A stretch of DNA of 64,000 nucleotides from Nitrospirota bacterium (GCA_016936655.1 JAFGXL010000027.1:672-64671), one strand, 5' to 3'. Positions 35,119-44,666 are shown, numbered from the stretch's first letter. Program-made: numbers and translations. Notes: a model not told the origin generated them from the letters alone.

Positions 35119-35517
35119 ATGTTTCAATCATTGAGCAGGTATGGAGATTTGGGGCTTTTGATAATGCGTCTTGGGCTTGGCAGCATGTTTCTGTATCACG
35201 GCATACCCAAGCTAATGGGCGGTCCTGAAAAGTGGACGCAGATCGGTTATGCGATGAAGTATGTTGGAGTCGATTTTCTGCCTATCTTCTGGGGCTTTAT
35301 GGCAGCATTAGCGCAGGTTGGCGGTGCCTTGTGCCTGATATTCGGATTCTTCTTTGTGCCAGCATGCATACTGCTTGCCTTCACAATGCTTGTTGCAGCT
35401 TCAATGCATCTTGGCAAAGGAGACTCATTGCAGACAGCGTCACACGCTATTGAGGCGGGCATAGTATTCTTCAGCCTTATATTCATTGGGTCTGGCAAAC
35501 ACAGCATAGAGAAGTAG
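35119..35517 (+). CDS. DoxX-family membrane protein
   Basis: 132 aa, 4 TM, LIMRLGLGSMFLYHGIPKL motif. Confidence 0.75.
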   Translation: MFQSLSRYGDLGLLIMRLGLGSMFLYHGIPKLMGGPEKWTQIGYAMKYVGVDFLPIFWGFMAALAQVGGALCLIFGFFFVPACILLAFTMLVAASMHLGKGDSLQTASHAIEAGIVFFSLIFIGSGKHSIEK

Positions 35518-35558
35518 CGGGATTGTTATAAAAGTCAGTGTGCTATACTAATTACTCT

Positions 35559-35635
35559 GCGCCTGTAGCTCAGTGGATCAGAGCATCGGCCTCCGGAGCC
35601 GAGGGTCGGAGGTTCGAATCCTCTCAGGCGCGCCA
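35559..35635 (+). tRNA. tRNA-Arg (anticodon CCG), CCA encoded
   Basis: Acceptor GCGCCTG/CAGGCGC, anticodon arm TCGGC-CTCCGGA-GCCGA, T-arm GGAGG-TTCGAAT-CCTCT. Confidence 0.9.
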
Positions 35636-35682
35636 TCAATCCAATTCAAATTCTTATATTCTGCTGTTTTTATGCGTCTGCT

Positions 35683-36897
35683 TTATACATTATCCAGCAT
35701 ATGGCCGAGCTTTGCTTTCTTTGTCTTGAGATAACAAATATTCTTTTCATTAGGCGCTGCTTCAACAGGCACTCTTTTTACAACCTTCAAGCCATAGCCT
35801 TCGAGGCCGATCATCTTTTTGGGGTTGTTTGTCATAAGCTTCATCTGACCCACACCTAGGTCAACGAGTATCTGGGCTCCTATTCCATAGTCGCGCATAT
35901 CTGCCTTAAATCCTAAATGCAGATTTGCTTCAACTGTATCCATCCCTGTGTCCTGCAGCTCATAAGCCTTTAGTTTATTGGCAAGGCCAATGCCTCTGCC
36001 CTCCTGCCTCATGTATAGGATTACTCCTGTGCCTTCTTTATCTATCATCTCCATAGCCTTATGCAGCTGGTCACCGCAGTCGCACCTTTTTGAACCAAAA
36101 ACATCACCTGTCATGCATTCGGAATGCACCCTCACAAGCACAGGCTCGCTGGATTTAATATCTCCCTTTACAAGAGCTATATGCACATTTTCATCAAAAT
36201 CATTGGTGTAGGCTATAGCTGTAAAATCTCCACCGTATCTTGTGGGCATCTGCACTGTTGCAGCGCGTTTTACAAACCTCTCTGTGCGCATGCGGTAGTT
36301 AATAAGATCTTTTACTGTCACAATTTTCAGGTTGTGAGTCTTTGCAAACTCCATAAGCTGCGGCACACGCGACATAGTGCCGTCATCATTCATTATTTCG
36401 CATATAACTCCGGCGGGATAGAGTCCTGCTAATCTGGTCAGGTCCACAGATCCCTCGGTCTGCCCTGCTCTTTGCAACACGCCTCCGGGTCTTGCTCTAA
36501 GCGGAAATACATGGCCGGGTTTTGCTATATCTTCTGGCCTTGTTTTTGGATCTATCGCTGTCAGTATGGTATGAGCCCTATCCTGAGCAGATATTCCTGT
36601 GGTAACGCCTTTTTTTGCCTCTATAGATACAGTAAATGCTGTGCCGAAAGATGATGTGTTGTTTTCTGACATCATGGAGAGCTGAAGTTCCTGCACCCTC
36701 TGCTCTGTAAGAGACAGGCAGATGAGCCCCCTGCCGTACTTTGCCATAAAGTTTATAGCCTCAGGAGTCACTTTTTCAGCAGCCATCGTGAGGTCTCCCT
36801 CATTTTCCCTGTCTTCATCATCAACGAGGATCACCATTTTGCCCTGAGCAATGTCCTCTATAGCTTCCTCTATCGTGTTAAATCTGAATTTTTCCAT
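35683..36897 (-). CDS. ribBA: bifunctional 3,4-dihydroxy-2-butanone-4-phosphate synthase / GTP cyclohydrolase II
   Basis: [10 protein letters not shown] (DHBP synthase) and [20 protein letters not shown] (GCH II) motifs. ATG 36897 follows GGAGG. The track start 36933 adds 12 unlikely residues. Confidence 0.9.
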   Translation of the reverse strand: MEKFRFNTIEEAIEDIAQGKMVILVDDEDRENEGDLTMAAEKVTPEAINFMAKYGRGLICLSLTEQRVQELQLSMMSENNTSSFGTAFTVSIEAKKGVTTGISAQDRAHTILTAIDPKTRPEDIAKPGHVFPLRARPGGVLQRAGQTEGSVDLTRLAGLYPAGVICEIMNDDGTMSRVPQLMEFAKTHNLKIVTVKDLINYRMRTERFVKRAATVQMPTRYGGDFTAIAYTNDFDENVHIALVKGDIKSSEPVLVRVHSECMTGDVFGSKRCDCGDQLHKAMEMIDKEGTGVILYMRQEGRGIGLANKLKAYELQDTGMDTVEANLHLGFKADMRDYGIGAQILVDLGVGQMKLMTNNPKKMIGLEGYGLKVVKRVPVEAAPNEKNICYLKTKKAKLGHMLDNV

Positions 36898-37042
36898 ACT
36901 GACGATGCCTCCATTCATTTGCGCCGCTAACATAAGTTTTGCAGACCCTGCTGTTCAATAAGTATAGCAAATAGCTCTAGATGGGTGCTAATGCATTGCC
37001 TTGCTGACTTCTGGTTTGGTATAATGACTATTCCGAAAAACA

Positions 37043-37119
37043 GGCGGTGTAGCTCAGATGGTTAGAGCATGCGGCTCATATCCGCAGTGTCCGGGGTTCG
37101 ATTCCCTGCACCGCCACCA
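37043..37119 (+). tRNA. tRNA with CAU anticodon (elongator Met, or Ile2 if lysidinylated), CCA encoded
   Basis: Acceptor GGCGGTG/CACCGCC, anticodon arm TGCGG-CTCATAT-CCGCA. It lacks the initiator features (no C1:A72 mismatch, no triple G-C in the anticodon stem). TATAAT lies at 37020-37025 upstream. Confidence 0.85.
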
Positions 37120-37208
37120 TTCATCTCTTTGTATTTTAATCAGATATATTCTAATTAATCTGCGGCAAGAAATCTGTTAAGCTTAATTATAAGCTGCTGA
37201 TCTACTGC

Positions 37209-37231
37209 AGGTCACTATGACCTAAATCATA
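37209..37231 (+). promoter_or_regulatory. candidate CRP/FNR-family (HcpR-like) operator upstream of hcp
   Basis: AGGTCActaTGACCT (37209-37223, perfect 6-3-6 inverted repeat) overlaps TATGACctaaATCATA (37216-37231, TGA-N6-TCA core). The centre lies about 30 nt upstream of TATAAT 37254-37259. Confidence 0.4.
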
Positions 37232-37301
37232 TGCAAACTTATGAGTGTTTTTATATAATCGAGAGTGTTGGAACAAAAATTGTTTTAAGGAGGAAATGCA
37301 A

Positions 37302-38927
37302 ATGTTTTGTTATCAGTGCGAACAGACCGCCAAGGGCGGGTGTACAAAGGTGGGCGTATGCGGCAAGCAGCCTGATGTAGCAGCTTTGCAGGATTTATTG
37401 GTATATGCGCTTAAAGGTCTTTCTCTTTATGCAGTTGAGGGCAGAAAGGTTGGAGTAAATGATGAGGATGTTAATATATTTACAGCAGAAGCAATATTCT
37501 CTACTCTAACAAATGTTAATTTCGATGCCGCAAGGTTTATGTCTATGCTCAAAAAGTGCATAAATCTTAGAGAGGCGCTTAAATTAAAGGTGAAGGCAGC
37601 AGGCGGCAACATTGATTTCAAAGAAGATGCAGCTAACCTTAAGGTTACGGATTCAGTAGCAGATATGGTCAAACTCGGCGAGACAGTAGGCATTAACTCT
37701 GATCCGTCCATAGATCCTGATGCTCTCTCCCTCAGAGAGTTGCTTATATATGGAATGAAAGGTGTAGGAGCATATGCAGATCATGCCCATATTTTAGGCA
37801 AAGAGGACGATTCTGTATATGCATTTATGCAGGAGGCTCTAGCAGCAACACTTAACAAATCTCTTGGTGTAAATGATTATCTAGGTCTCTGCATGAAGTG
37901 CGGAGAGGTTAATCTTAAGGCTATGGAGATACTGGATGCTGCTAACACCGGCACATATGGAAACCCTGTACCTACAAAAGTTCCTCTTGGACATAAGAAG
38001 GGCAAGGCAATACTCGTCTCCGGTCATGACCTTAAGGATCTTGAAGAAATACTTAAGCAGACAGCAGGCAAGGGTATATATGTATATACACATGGCGAGA
38101 TGCTTCCATGCCATGGGTATCCTGAGCTCAAGAAATATGAGCATTTCTATGGACACTATGGCACAGCATGGCAGAATCAGCACAAGGAGTTTGCCCAGTT
38201 CCCCGGTGCTATACTTATGACAACAAACTGCATACAGAAACCGCTTGATTCGTATAAAGAGAATATATTTACATGCGGATTGGTCGGCTGGCCGGATGTA
38301 ATACATATAGCAGACAGGAATTTTGCTCCTGTTATAGAAAGAGCCCTTGCGCTTCCTGGTTTTGATTCAGATTTAGGAGTCAAATCAGTAATGGTAGGAT
38401 TTGGTCACAATGCAGTAATGAGCGTAGCCGGCACAGTTATCGAGGCGGTAAAGAACAAGCAGATACGCCACTTTTTCCTGGTAGGCGGCTGTGACGGTGC
38501 AAAGGCTGGACGCAACTACTACACAGAGCTTGTTGAGAAGGTGCCGTCTGACTGTATAGTACTGACACTCGCATGTGGCAAGTTCAGATTTTTTGACAAG
38601 GAGCTTGGTGATATAGGCGGGATACCGAGGCTGCTGGATATTGGACAGTGTAATGATGCCTACTCAGCAATACAGATAGCAGTAGCGCTTTCTAAGGCAT
38701 TTAATGTTGGAGTGAATGAGCTGCCTCTTTCTTTAATACTCTCATGGTATGAGCAGAAGGCCGTAGCAATACTTCTTACACTGCTATATCTTGGTATTAA
38801 GGACATAAGGCTTGGTCCATCGCTGCCTGTATTTGTATCTCCTAATGTGCTTAATGTGCTTGTAGAGAAGTTCAACATAAAGCCGATATCAACACCTGAT
38901 GAGGATCTGAAGGCTATACTCGGATAG
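37302..38927 (+). CDS. hcp: hybrid-cluster protein / hydroxylamine reductase
   Basis: N-terminal MFCYQCEQTAKGGCTKVGVCGK and about 541 aa. ATG 37302 lies 8 nt after GGAGG 37289-37293. Confidence 0.92.
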   Translation: MFCYQCEQTAKGGCTKVGVCGKQPDVAALQDLLVYALKGLSLYAVEGRKVGVNDEDVNIFTAEAIFSTLTNVNFDAARFMSMLKKCINLREALKLKVKAAGGNIDFKEDAANLKVTDSVADMVKLGETVGINSDPSIDPDALSLRELLIYGMKGVGAYADHAHILGKEDDSVYAFMQEALAATLNKSLGVNDYLGLCMKCGEVNLKAMEILDAANTGTYGNPVPTKVPLGHKKGKAILVSGHDLKDLEEILKQTAGKGIYVYTHGEMLPCHGYPELKKYEHFYGHYGTAWQNQHKEFAQFPGAILMTTNCIQKPLDSYKENIFTCGLVGWPDVIHIADRNFAPVIERALALPGFDSDLGVKSVMVGFGHNAVMSVAGTVIEAVKNKQIRHFFLVGGCDGAKAGRNYYTELVEKVPSDCIVLTLACGKFRFFDKELGDIGGIPRLLDIGQCNDAYSAIQIAVALSKAFNVGVNELPLSLILSWYEQKAVAILLTLLYLGIKDIRLGPSLPVFVSPNVLNVLVEKFNIKPISTPDEDLKAILG

Positions 38928-38947
38928 TAAAACATTTAAGACATGCA

Positions 38948-38981
38948 GGGGAGGCATTGAGATCAATGCCTCCCCTTTTTT
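38948..38981 (+). terminator. intrinsic terminator after hcp (between convergent genes)
   Basis: GGGGAGGCATTGA 38948-38960 / TCAATGCCTCCCC 38963-38975, followed by TTTTTT. Confidence 0.8.
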
Positions 38982-39354
38982 ATTGACAGTTGTTCCACAA
39001 AGTCTTCATCCTCGCAAGATGTATCGTAACTCCAACGGCTATAACCAGCAGCAGCAGCTTTGCCCAGAGCGCAGTCGCAAAAAATATCCCTGACAGCGCT
39101 ATTGTTATCCATAGCGTTGCAATTGCTGTAATCCTATGCCTGCGCGATATGCCGCTGTTCTCCCTGTATGCAGATATGTATGGTCCGCAGAGCCTGTTGC
39201 CCAGCAGCCACCTGTAAAACTTCTCTGAGCTGTGGGAGTAGCAGTATGCAGCAAGCAGCAGAAAGGGAGTCGTTGGCAGCACAGGAAGAAATATGCCAGC
39301 AATGCCGAGACCTGCTGCAATAGTGCCTGCTGTAACAAGAAAAATCTTTTTCAA
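38980..39354 (-). CDS. ybaN: YbaN (DUF454) family inner-membrane protein
   Basis: IAGIFLPVLPTTPFLLLAAYCYSHSSEKFYRWL motif. The likely start is TTG 39354 after AGAGGA, giving ~124 aa. The track ORF extends to 39420 with an atypical N-terminus. Confidence 0.7.
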   Translation of the reverse strand: MKKIFLVTAGTIAAGLGIAGIFLPVLPTTPFLLLAAYCYSHSSEKFYRWLLGNRLCGPYISAYRENSGISRRHRITAIATLWITIALSGIFFATALWAKLLLLVIAVGVTIHLARMKTLWNNCQ

Positions 39355-39460
39355 AAAATATCCTCTGATAAATCTGATTTTGATGCCGGCTTCCAGTATG
39401 TCATAATCTAAATTATACAATCTGGCTGCAAAGTGATGGTAATGCGCAAAGGAGGCGTAT

Positions 39461-39880
39461 ATGGAAATTATAGAGGCGAGTCCGGCAGCTCATGAGCTGG
39501 CCGGCAATTATACCTTGATACTCTATTATGGAGACCAGCCTGACGGCACTGGCAGGGCAGCATTCCTCGACAGGGAAGATGACCAGTACACGCTTGAGCC
39601 TTACGCACCAGAGTCATTTTATAAAAAGATTGAAAGTCTTTCTGGTGAGGCAGCGCTCAAAAAGGCAGAAGAGTTTGTCTCTGACCATCCCTCAGCCACA
39701 GGCTCATACACCTCAGTCATAGTGAATGACAACGGCATAAGAGTGGGATTCGAGATTAAGCCGCTGTACGAATCCATCAGATACGGCACGCCTGACATAC
39801 TGGACATCCATTACAGCTCAGAAGGGTTTAAAATACGCATTGATGTAAGTTTCACAAACCTGCTGGATATGGGGATATAG
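39461..39880 (+). CDS. hypothetical protein (139 aa)
   Basis: Strong AAAGGAGG SD 6 nt upstream of the ATG. No family recognised. Confidence 0.55.
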   Translation: MEIIEASPAAHELAGNYTLILYYGDQPDGTGRAAFLDREDDQYTLEPYAPESFYKKIESLSGEAALKKAEEFVSDHPSATGSYTSVIVNDNGIRVGFEIKPLYESIRYGTPDILDIHYSSEGFKIRIDVSFTNLLDMGI

Positions 39881-40037
39881 GCAAATGTAGTTTTTCAAAT
39901 ATTGACAAGTCATGGTGAGTGTATATTTTGTTGTGCTATGCATTTTATGTCTTTTGATTCTTAAATTCTGGTCAATCTTTCTGTCTCTTTAAAATTTTAT
40001 GTCTGCACAGTTGTTAACAAAACTTTGTTTGAAATGA

Positions 40038-40063
40038 AAAGATAGTAATCAATTACTATCTTT
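40038..40063 (+). promoter_or_regulatory. probable TetR operator (12-2-12 perfect inverted repeat)
   Basis: AAAGATAGTAAT (40038-40049), ca, ATTACTATCTTT (40052-40063). It ends 4 nt before the SD of the tetR-like gene, and a TTGAAA -35-like hexamer lies at 40029-40034. Confidence 0.55.
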
Positions 40064-40076
40064 ATGCGGAGGGCAT

Positions 40077-40685
40077 GTGGGCATCGAGAGTAAATATCTT
40101 CCAGCCGGACAGAGGAGAGAGGTTATAGTTGATACTGTAATAGACTTGGCTGGAGAGCAGAATCCGAGTGAAATAACTACAGCTGCCATAGCGAAACGCA
40201 TGGGGCTGACACAGGGTGCGCTTTTTCGGCATTTCCAGAGTAAAGATGCCGTATTGGAAGCTGTAATGAGACAGGTTTCCGACAGACTGATGTTGCGTAT
40301 CTCAAAAGCGGAAAACGGCAGCTCCAGCAGCATTGGGAAACTCGAAAATATGTTTATAACACATATCAAATTTATAAAAGATCATCCGGGTATTCCCAGA
40401 TTACTGTTTGGTGAACTCCAGAGCTCAAAAAAGACAGAGCCTAAAAAAATAGCTCAAATGCTTTTAAGTCAATATAAAAAGCGGCTTATTTCAATAATTG
40501 AAGATGGCAAAGAAAAAGGTGAATTTGATTTAGAACTTAATAGTGATGCTGCTGCAACTCTGTTTATCGGAACTATTCAGGGATTGATTATGCAATCCCT
40601 GCTGGCTTCTGATAAAAAAGCTTTTAATGTGGATGCATGCAAAGTTTTTGATATCTATAAACGAGGTTTGACAGGAGCAATATGA
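40077..40685 (+). CDS. TetR/AcrR-family transcriptional regulator
   Basis: HTH segment ITTAAIAKRMGLTQGALFRHFQSKDAVL. GTG start after GGAGGG. 4-nt overlap with the next gene. Confidence 0.85.
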   Translation: MGIESKYLPAGQRREVIVDTVIDLAGEQNPSEITTAAIAKRMGLTQGALFRHFQSKDAVLEAVMRQVSDRLMLRISKAENGSSSSIGKLENMFITHIKFIKDHPGIPRLLFGELQSSKKTEPKKIAQMLLSQYKKRLISIIEDGKEKGEFDLELNSDAAATLFIGTIQGLIMQSLLASDKKAFNVDACKVFDIYKRGLTGAI

Positions 40686-41833
40686 AGATCATAAAAATTC
40701 AGAAAAATAAGATTTCACTTATTTTGGTGCTGGCTGTTTTGATGGGGTTGTTTGCTTATGTGGCAGTTACGTCTGGTCCGTTTGCTTCTGTAGCAGTTTT
40801 ATTGACAGAAGCAGAAATTAAAAGTCTTTCTCCTGCATTGTATGGCGTAGGCACAGTGGAGTCAAAATATACTTATGAAATTGGACCAACTTTTACCGGT
40901 CGTCTCAATTATCTTAATGTTAATGTGGGTGATAAAGTAAAAAAAGGTCAAGTAATCGGAGAAATAGATTCTGTTGATCTTGATGACCGTATTGTTGCTC
41001 AAGAGGCAGCATTGCAAAGTTCTATTGCACGTTTAAAAGAAGCATCTGAGCGCAGAGAATATGCTTACAAACAATCATTGCGCTACAAAAAGCTTTTTGA
41101 TATAAAAGCTGAGAGCGAGGAGACAGCATTAACTAAGCAGTTTGATCTTGAGGTTGCTGAAGCAGCGCTTAGTGCTGCGCGTCAGGATGTAAGCCGTATG
41201 AGGTCTGAAATAAAAGCGCTTGCGGCAAAGCGGGCAGATCATAAACTGATCTCACCTGTAGATGGATTTGTAACCGCCCGTGATGTTGATCCCGGGTCTA
41301 CTGCTGTTTCAGGACAGGCTGTTGTTAAAGTTATTGAGGAAAACAGCATATGGATAAATGCTCGTTTTGAACAGTTAGGTTCGCATGGACTTACAAAAGG
41401 ATTGTCTGCAGAAATTACTTTAAGAAGCGCTATTAATGCTCCACAGCCGGGCCACGTGTATAGGGTAGAGCCGTTGGCTGATGCAGTGACTGAAGAGGTT
41501 GCAGCAAAGGTTATCTTTAATAAATTGCCCTATCCATTGCCTCCTTTGGGAGAGTTAGTCGAGGTTACTATAAAATTGCCTCAGCCCGCCCCATGTTTGA
41601 CTATTCCCAATGCATCATTACATCGAGTAGACGGAAAATTGGGAGTGTGGCGTGTAATTGATTCTGATCTCCATTTTATACCTGTGAGTATTGGTATATC
41701 CGACCTTGCAGGCCGGGTACAGATTCTTGATGGGTTAAAAGCAGGAGATAAAATTGTTGAATACAGTGAAAAAGCACTTAACAAAAAGAGGCGTGTTCGC
41801 GTAGTTGAAAGATTGCGAAGCGTACAACAATGA
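40682..41833 (+). CDS. efflux periplasmic adaptor (HlyD/MacA-like membrane fusion protein)
   Basis: N-terminal TM helix, a coiled-coil hairpin region, and beta-barrel/lipoyl-like segments. 383 aa. Confidence 0.8.
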   Translation: MKIIKIQKNKISLILVLAVLMGLFAYVAVTSGPFASVAVLLTEAEIKSLSPALYGVGTVESKYTYEIGPTFTGRLNYLNVNVGDKVKKGQVIGEIDSVDLDDRIVAQEAALQSSIARLKEASERREYAYKQSLRYKKLFDIKAESEETALTKQFDLEVAEAALSAARQDVSRMRSEIKALAAKRADHKLISPVDGFVTARDVDPGSTAVSGQAVVKVIEENSIWINARFEQLGSHGLTKGLSAEITLRSAINAPQPGHVYRVEPLADAVTEEVAAKVIFNKLPYPLPPLGELVEVTIKLPQPAPCLTIPNASLHRVDGKLGVWRVIDSDLHFIPVSIGISDLAGRVQILDGLKAGDKIVEYSEKALNKKRRVRVVERLRSVQQ

Positions 41834-43032
41834 TCAGCCTTGCCGGTCGCGATATACTGCATGCCTGGGGCAAGTTTGTCTTTACAGGCATGGGATTGGG
41901 ACTTCTTATCGGTGTTACGCTTATAATGGCAGGAGTCTATCGCGGTATGGTTGATGATGCAAAAGTTCTGCTTGATAACAGCGGTGCTGATCTCTGGGTT
42001 GTCCAGCAGAATACTCTTGGTCCGTACGCAGAATCATCAAGCATCTATGATGATTTGTGGCGCAGCATAAAGGCAATGCCGGGTGTAAAAAATGCTGTAA
42101 ATGCAACATATCTAACAATGCAGGTGCATTTTGACAATCATGATGTAAGGACAATGGTTACGGGTATTTCATACGGCGGGCCTGGTACAGCCGGCTGGCC
42201 TCCTTATCTTGTGGCCGGCAGACATATCACTCGAAGTCATTATGAAGCAGTTGCTGACATTGCTACAGGCTTTAAAGTTGGAGATCTCATCCAGGTGCGC
42301 AGGAATCATTACAATGTTGTCGGATTGACCAGACGAATGGTTTCATCAAATGGTGATCCAATGGTGTTTATACCTTTAAAGGATGCACAAGAGGCTCAAT
42401 TTCTAAAAGACAACGATGCAATATGGCAGCAGCGAAGGCGTACATTTAATAATCCTGAATTTAATCGCGCCGGGTTCCCCGGATTGATTGATGCTGTTAT
42501 TGATGATCAGAGCAGCAATCAATTTGTAAATACTGTTTTGGTACAGGTTGATCATAAATATAATATTGAAGAGACTGCAGAAAATATTCGTAAATGGAAG
42601 CGGCTTACTGTTTATACCCGCCATCAGATGGAAGATATAATAGTCGGTAAATTAATTGCTTCATCAGCCAGACAGATCAGTCTTTTTTTAGTAATTCTGG
42701 CGTTAGTAAGTGCTGCTATAGTTGCATTTATTATATATACCCTTACAATTGGTAAAACCAGAGAGATAGCTGTGCTTAAACTTATAGGCACTAAAAACAG
42801 CACAATAGCCGCTATGATAATCAAGCAGGCCATTGCGCTGGGATTAATAGGCTTTGTTGTTGGAAAAATTACTGCAACATTCGGAGCCCCTCTGTTTCCG
42901 AAGCATGTACTTCTTGAGCCGGCGGATGCATTAAGAGGTTTGGCTGCTGTCATCGTAATATGTATTTTATCAAGCATTATTGCTATTCGCGCAGCCATTA
43001 AGGTAGATCCAGCTGAAGCGATAGGTGGCTAA
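41830..43032 (+). CDS. ABC transporter permease, FtsX/MacB-like
   Basis: 400 aa. An N-terminal TM helix, a large periplasmic domain, and a C-terminal 3-TM FtsX-type bundle. Confidence 0.8.
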   Translation: MISLAGRDILHAWGKFVFTGMGLGLLIGVTLIMAGVYRGMVDDAKVLLDNSGADLWVVQQNTLGPYAESSSIYDDLWRSIKAMPGVKNAVNATYLTMQVHFDNHDVRTMVTGISYGGPGTAGWPPYLVAGRHITRSHYEAVADIATGFKVGDLIQVRRNHYNVVGLTRRMVSSNGDPMVFIPLKDAQEAQFLKDNDAIWQQRRRTFNNPEFNRAGFPGLIDAVIDDQSSNQFVNTVLVQVDHKYNIEETAENIRKWKRLTVYTRHQMEDIIVGKLIASSARQISLFLVILALVSAAIVAFIIYTLTIGKTREIAVLKLIGTKNSTIAAMIIKQAIALGLIGFVVGKITATFGAPLFPKHVLLEPADALRGLAAVIVICILSSIIAIRAAIKVDPAEAIGG

Positions 43033-43033
43033 A

Positions 43034-43744
43034 ATGATAGATAAAGGTATTCGAATTGCCGGGCTGAAAAAACGTTATGGATTCGGGGATACAGCAGTAG
43101 ATGCTCTTAAAAATATAAATATGTATGTAAAGCCAGGAGAAGTTGTCGGGCTTATAGGGCCTTCCGGTTCAGGCAAAAGTACGCTTCTTAAGTGTCTGGG
43201 GGCAGTAATTGAGCCTACTTTTGGAAAGATGATGCTTGGAGAGGAAATTATTTATGATAACGGATGGCTGGTTGGAGATATAAGAGCCCTGAGACGTGAT
43301 AAAATCGGTTTTGTATTTCAAGCTCCTTATCTGATACCTTTTCTCGATGTTGTTGATAATGTAGCTCTTCCTTCCATGTTGGCTGGTGCTTCCAACTATA
43401 ATGCTCGGTCTCGTGCGCAGGATCTTCTTAAAGCTCTTGAAGTAGAGCATCGAGCTAAAGCAATGCCTTCGCATCTGTCGGGTGGGGAGCAGCAGAGAGT
43501 TGCAATTGCGCGCGGATTAGTAAACTATCCGCCTGTGATACTTGCAGATGAGCCTACTGCGCCTTTGGACAGTGAACGAGCATTGATTGTCATAAAAATT
43601 CTTAATGAGATGGCTAAAAAATTTGATACCGCTGTTATAGTTGTTACGCACGACGAAAAGATTATTCCTACCTTTAAGCGTCTTTATCATATTCGTGATG
43701 GAGTGACCTATGAAGAAGAGGGGCAGGGGCGAGGGTTTGAATAA
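43034..43744 (+). CDS. ABC transporter ATP-binding protein (MacB/LolD-like)
   Basis: Walker A GPSGSGKST, signature LSGGEQQRVAIARGL, Walker B ILADEPT. The ATG at 43034 is preferred to the overlapping GTG at 43025. Confidence 0.88.
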   Translation: MIDKGIRIAGLKKRYGFGDTAVDALKNINMYVKPGEVVGLIGPSGSGKSTLLKCLGAVIEPTFGKMMLGEEIIYDNGWLVGDIRALRRDKIGFVFQAPYLIPFLDVVDNVALPSMLAGASNYNARSRAQDLLKALEVEHRAKAMPSHLSGGEQQRVAIARGLVNYPPVILADEPTAPLDSERALIVIKILNEMAKKFDTAVIVVTHDEKIIPTFKRLYHIRDGVTYEEEGQGRGFE

Positions 43745-43768
43745 AAATGGATTTAAGCATACATATTC

Positions 43769-44116
43769 TGGTGGAGGCGGCGGGAATCGAACCCGCGTCC
43801 GAAAGTACTACACTTAAGCGTCTACATGCGTATTCGGCATATTTGAATTTTCGGATCGCGGCCTGCCTGCCGAAAGGCCCTCCCTCAATCCTATCCTTTA
43901 GTCTTTTGCCTGAATAAAAGGAGTCATCAGGCAGCATCCTGTTAGATGACGCTTATTCCGGATCACAGGCACCTCCGGGTAAGCGCGCTACTGTTGGTTA
44001 AGCAGCGAGTGCCAGTTCGTTGTTGGCGTTTGTGTTTTTCCCATCTTTTTACGTGGTGATGGAGCCACGGCACGCAGCTTAAGCTTCATTACCCCCGTCG
44101 AGCCCAGTGCGCCCCC
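43769..44116 (-). ncRNA. ssrA: tmRNA (SsrA), tag reading frame ...ANNELALAA-stop
   Basis: The minus strand starts GGGGGCGCACUGGGCUCGACGGGG and ends ...GGACGCGGGUUCGAUUCCCGCCGCCUCCACCA. The acceptor has a G3:U70 pair. Tag codons GCC AAC AAC GAA CTG GCA CTC GCT GCT TAA lie at 44027-43998. Confidence 0.93.
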
Positions 44117-44230
44117 GGTGCGAAGCTGTAAATTATTATAACATTTTCATCAGGTTTGAGGCAGCAGGCTCTTTTATTGTGTTGTATAATCTGGATATGC
44201 TGGATAAGAAATAAAATTCAGGGAGAGGAT

Positions 44231-44653
44231 ATGAAAAGAATAATTGTCATGCTGGCCGCTTTATGTTTTGTATTTACTTTTGCAGGCTGCGGATCATCAG
44301 CATCAGCCGGACCGGACATTAAGGATGGTCTTTGGGAGATAACCACTACAACTGATATGCCCGGAATGCCTGCTGGGCTTATGAAGCCTTTTACACACTC
44401 TACATGTCTGTCAAAAAAGGATTCTGTTCCAAATGGTGAGCAGGATTCAGGCTGCAAGATGCAGGATGTAAAGACGATTGGCAACACAGTGTCATGGACT
44501 ATGTTATGCAAAGAAGGAGTTACAAAGGGCAAGATCACATACGCTGGCAGCTCTTTTGATGGCGCAACAGAGACTGTGATAAAGGCAGACGGTACAGAGA
44601 TGAAGGTTAACAACACTATGAAGGGCAAATATCTGGGACCCTGCAAGAAATAG
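44231..44653 (+). CDS. DUF3617-like lipoprotein
   Basis: ATG 44231 follows GGGAGAGG. Lipobox MKRIIVMLAALCFVFTFAGC, and a GLWEITTTTDMPGMP motif reminiscent of DUF3617. Confidence 0.6.
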   Translation: MKRIIVMLAALCFVFTFAGCGSSASAGPDIKDGLWEITTTTDMPGMPAGLMKPFTHSTCLSKKDSVPNGEQDSGCKMQDVKTIGNTVSWTMLCKEGVTKGKITYAGSSFDGATETVIKADGTEMKVNNTMKGKYLGPCKK

Positions 44654-44666
44654 CTGAATAGATTTT

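Noticed and set aside
36898-37042. Looked for an FMN riboswitch upstream of ribBA, and likewise for a preQ1 riboswitch before queC
   Set aside because: The ribBA upstream region is only ~145 nt, is shared with the tRNA-Met promoter, and lacks the conserved FMN-aptamer blocks. queC is translationally coupled inside an operon with no leader.
39881-43768. Possible genomic island integrated at the 3' end of ssrA (AT-richer TetR-MacAB cluster)
   Set aside because: There is no integrase, and no direct repeat of the tmRNA 3' end is visible at the distal border (39.9-40.1 kb). Compositional difference alone is not enough.
43674-43937. 87-aa minus-strand ORF after the ABC ATPase gene
   Set aside because: It lies within the tmRNA gene and is an artefact of translating a structured RNA.
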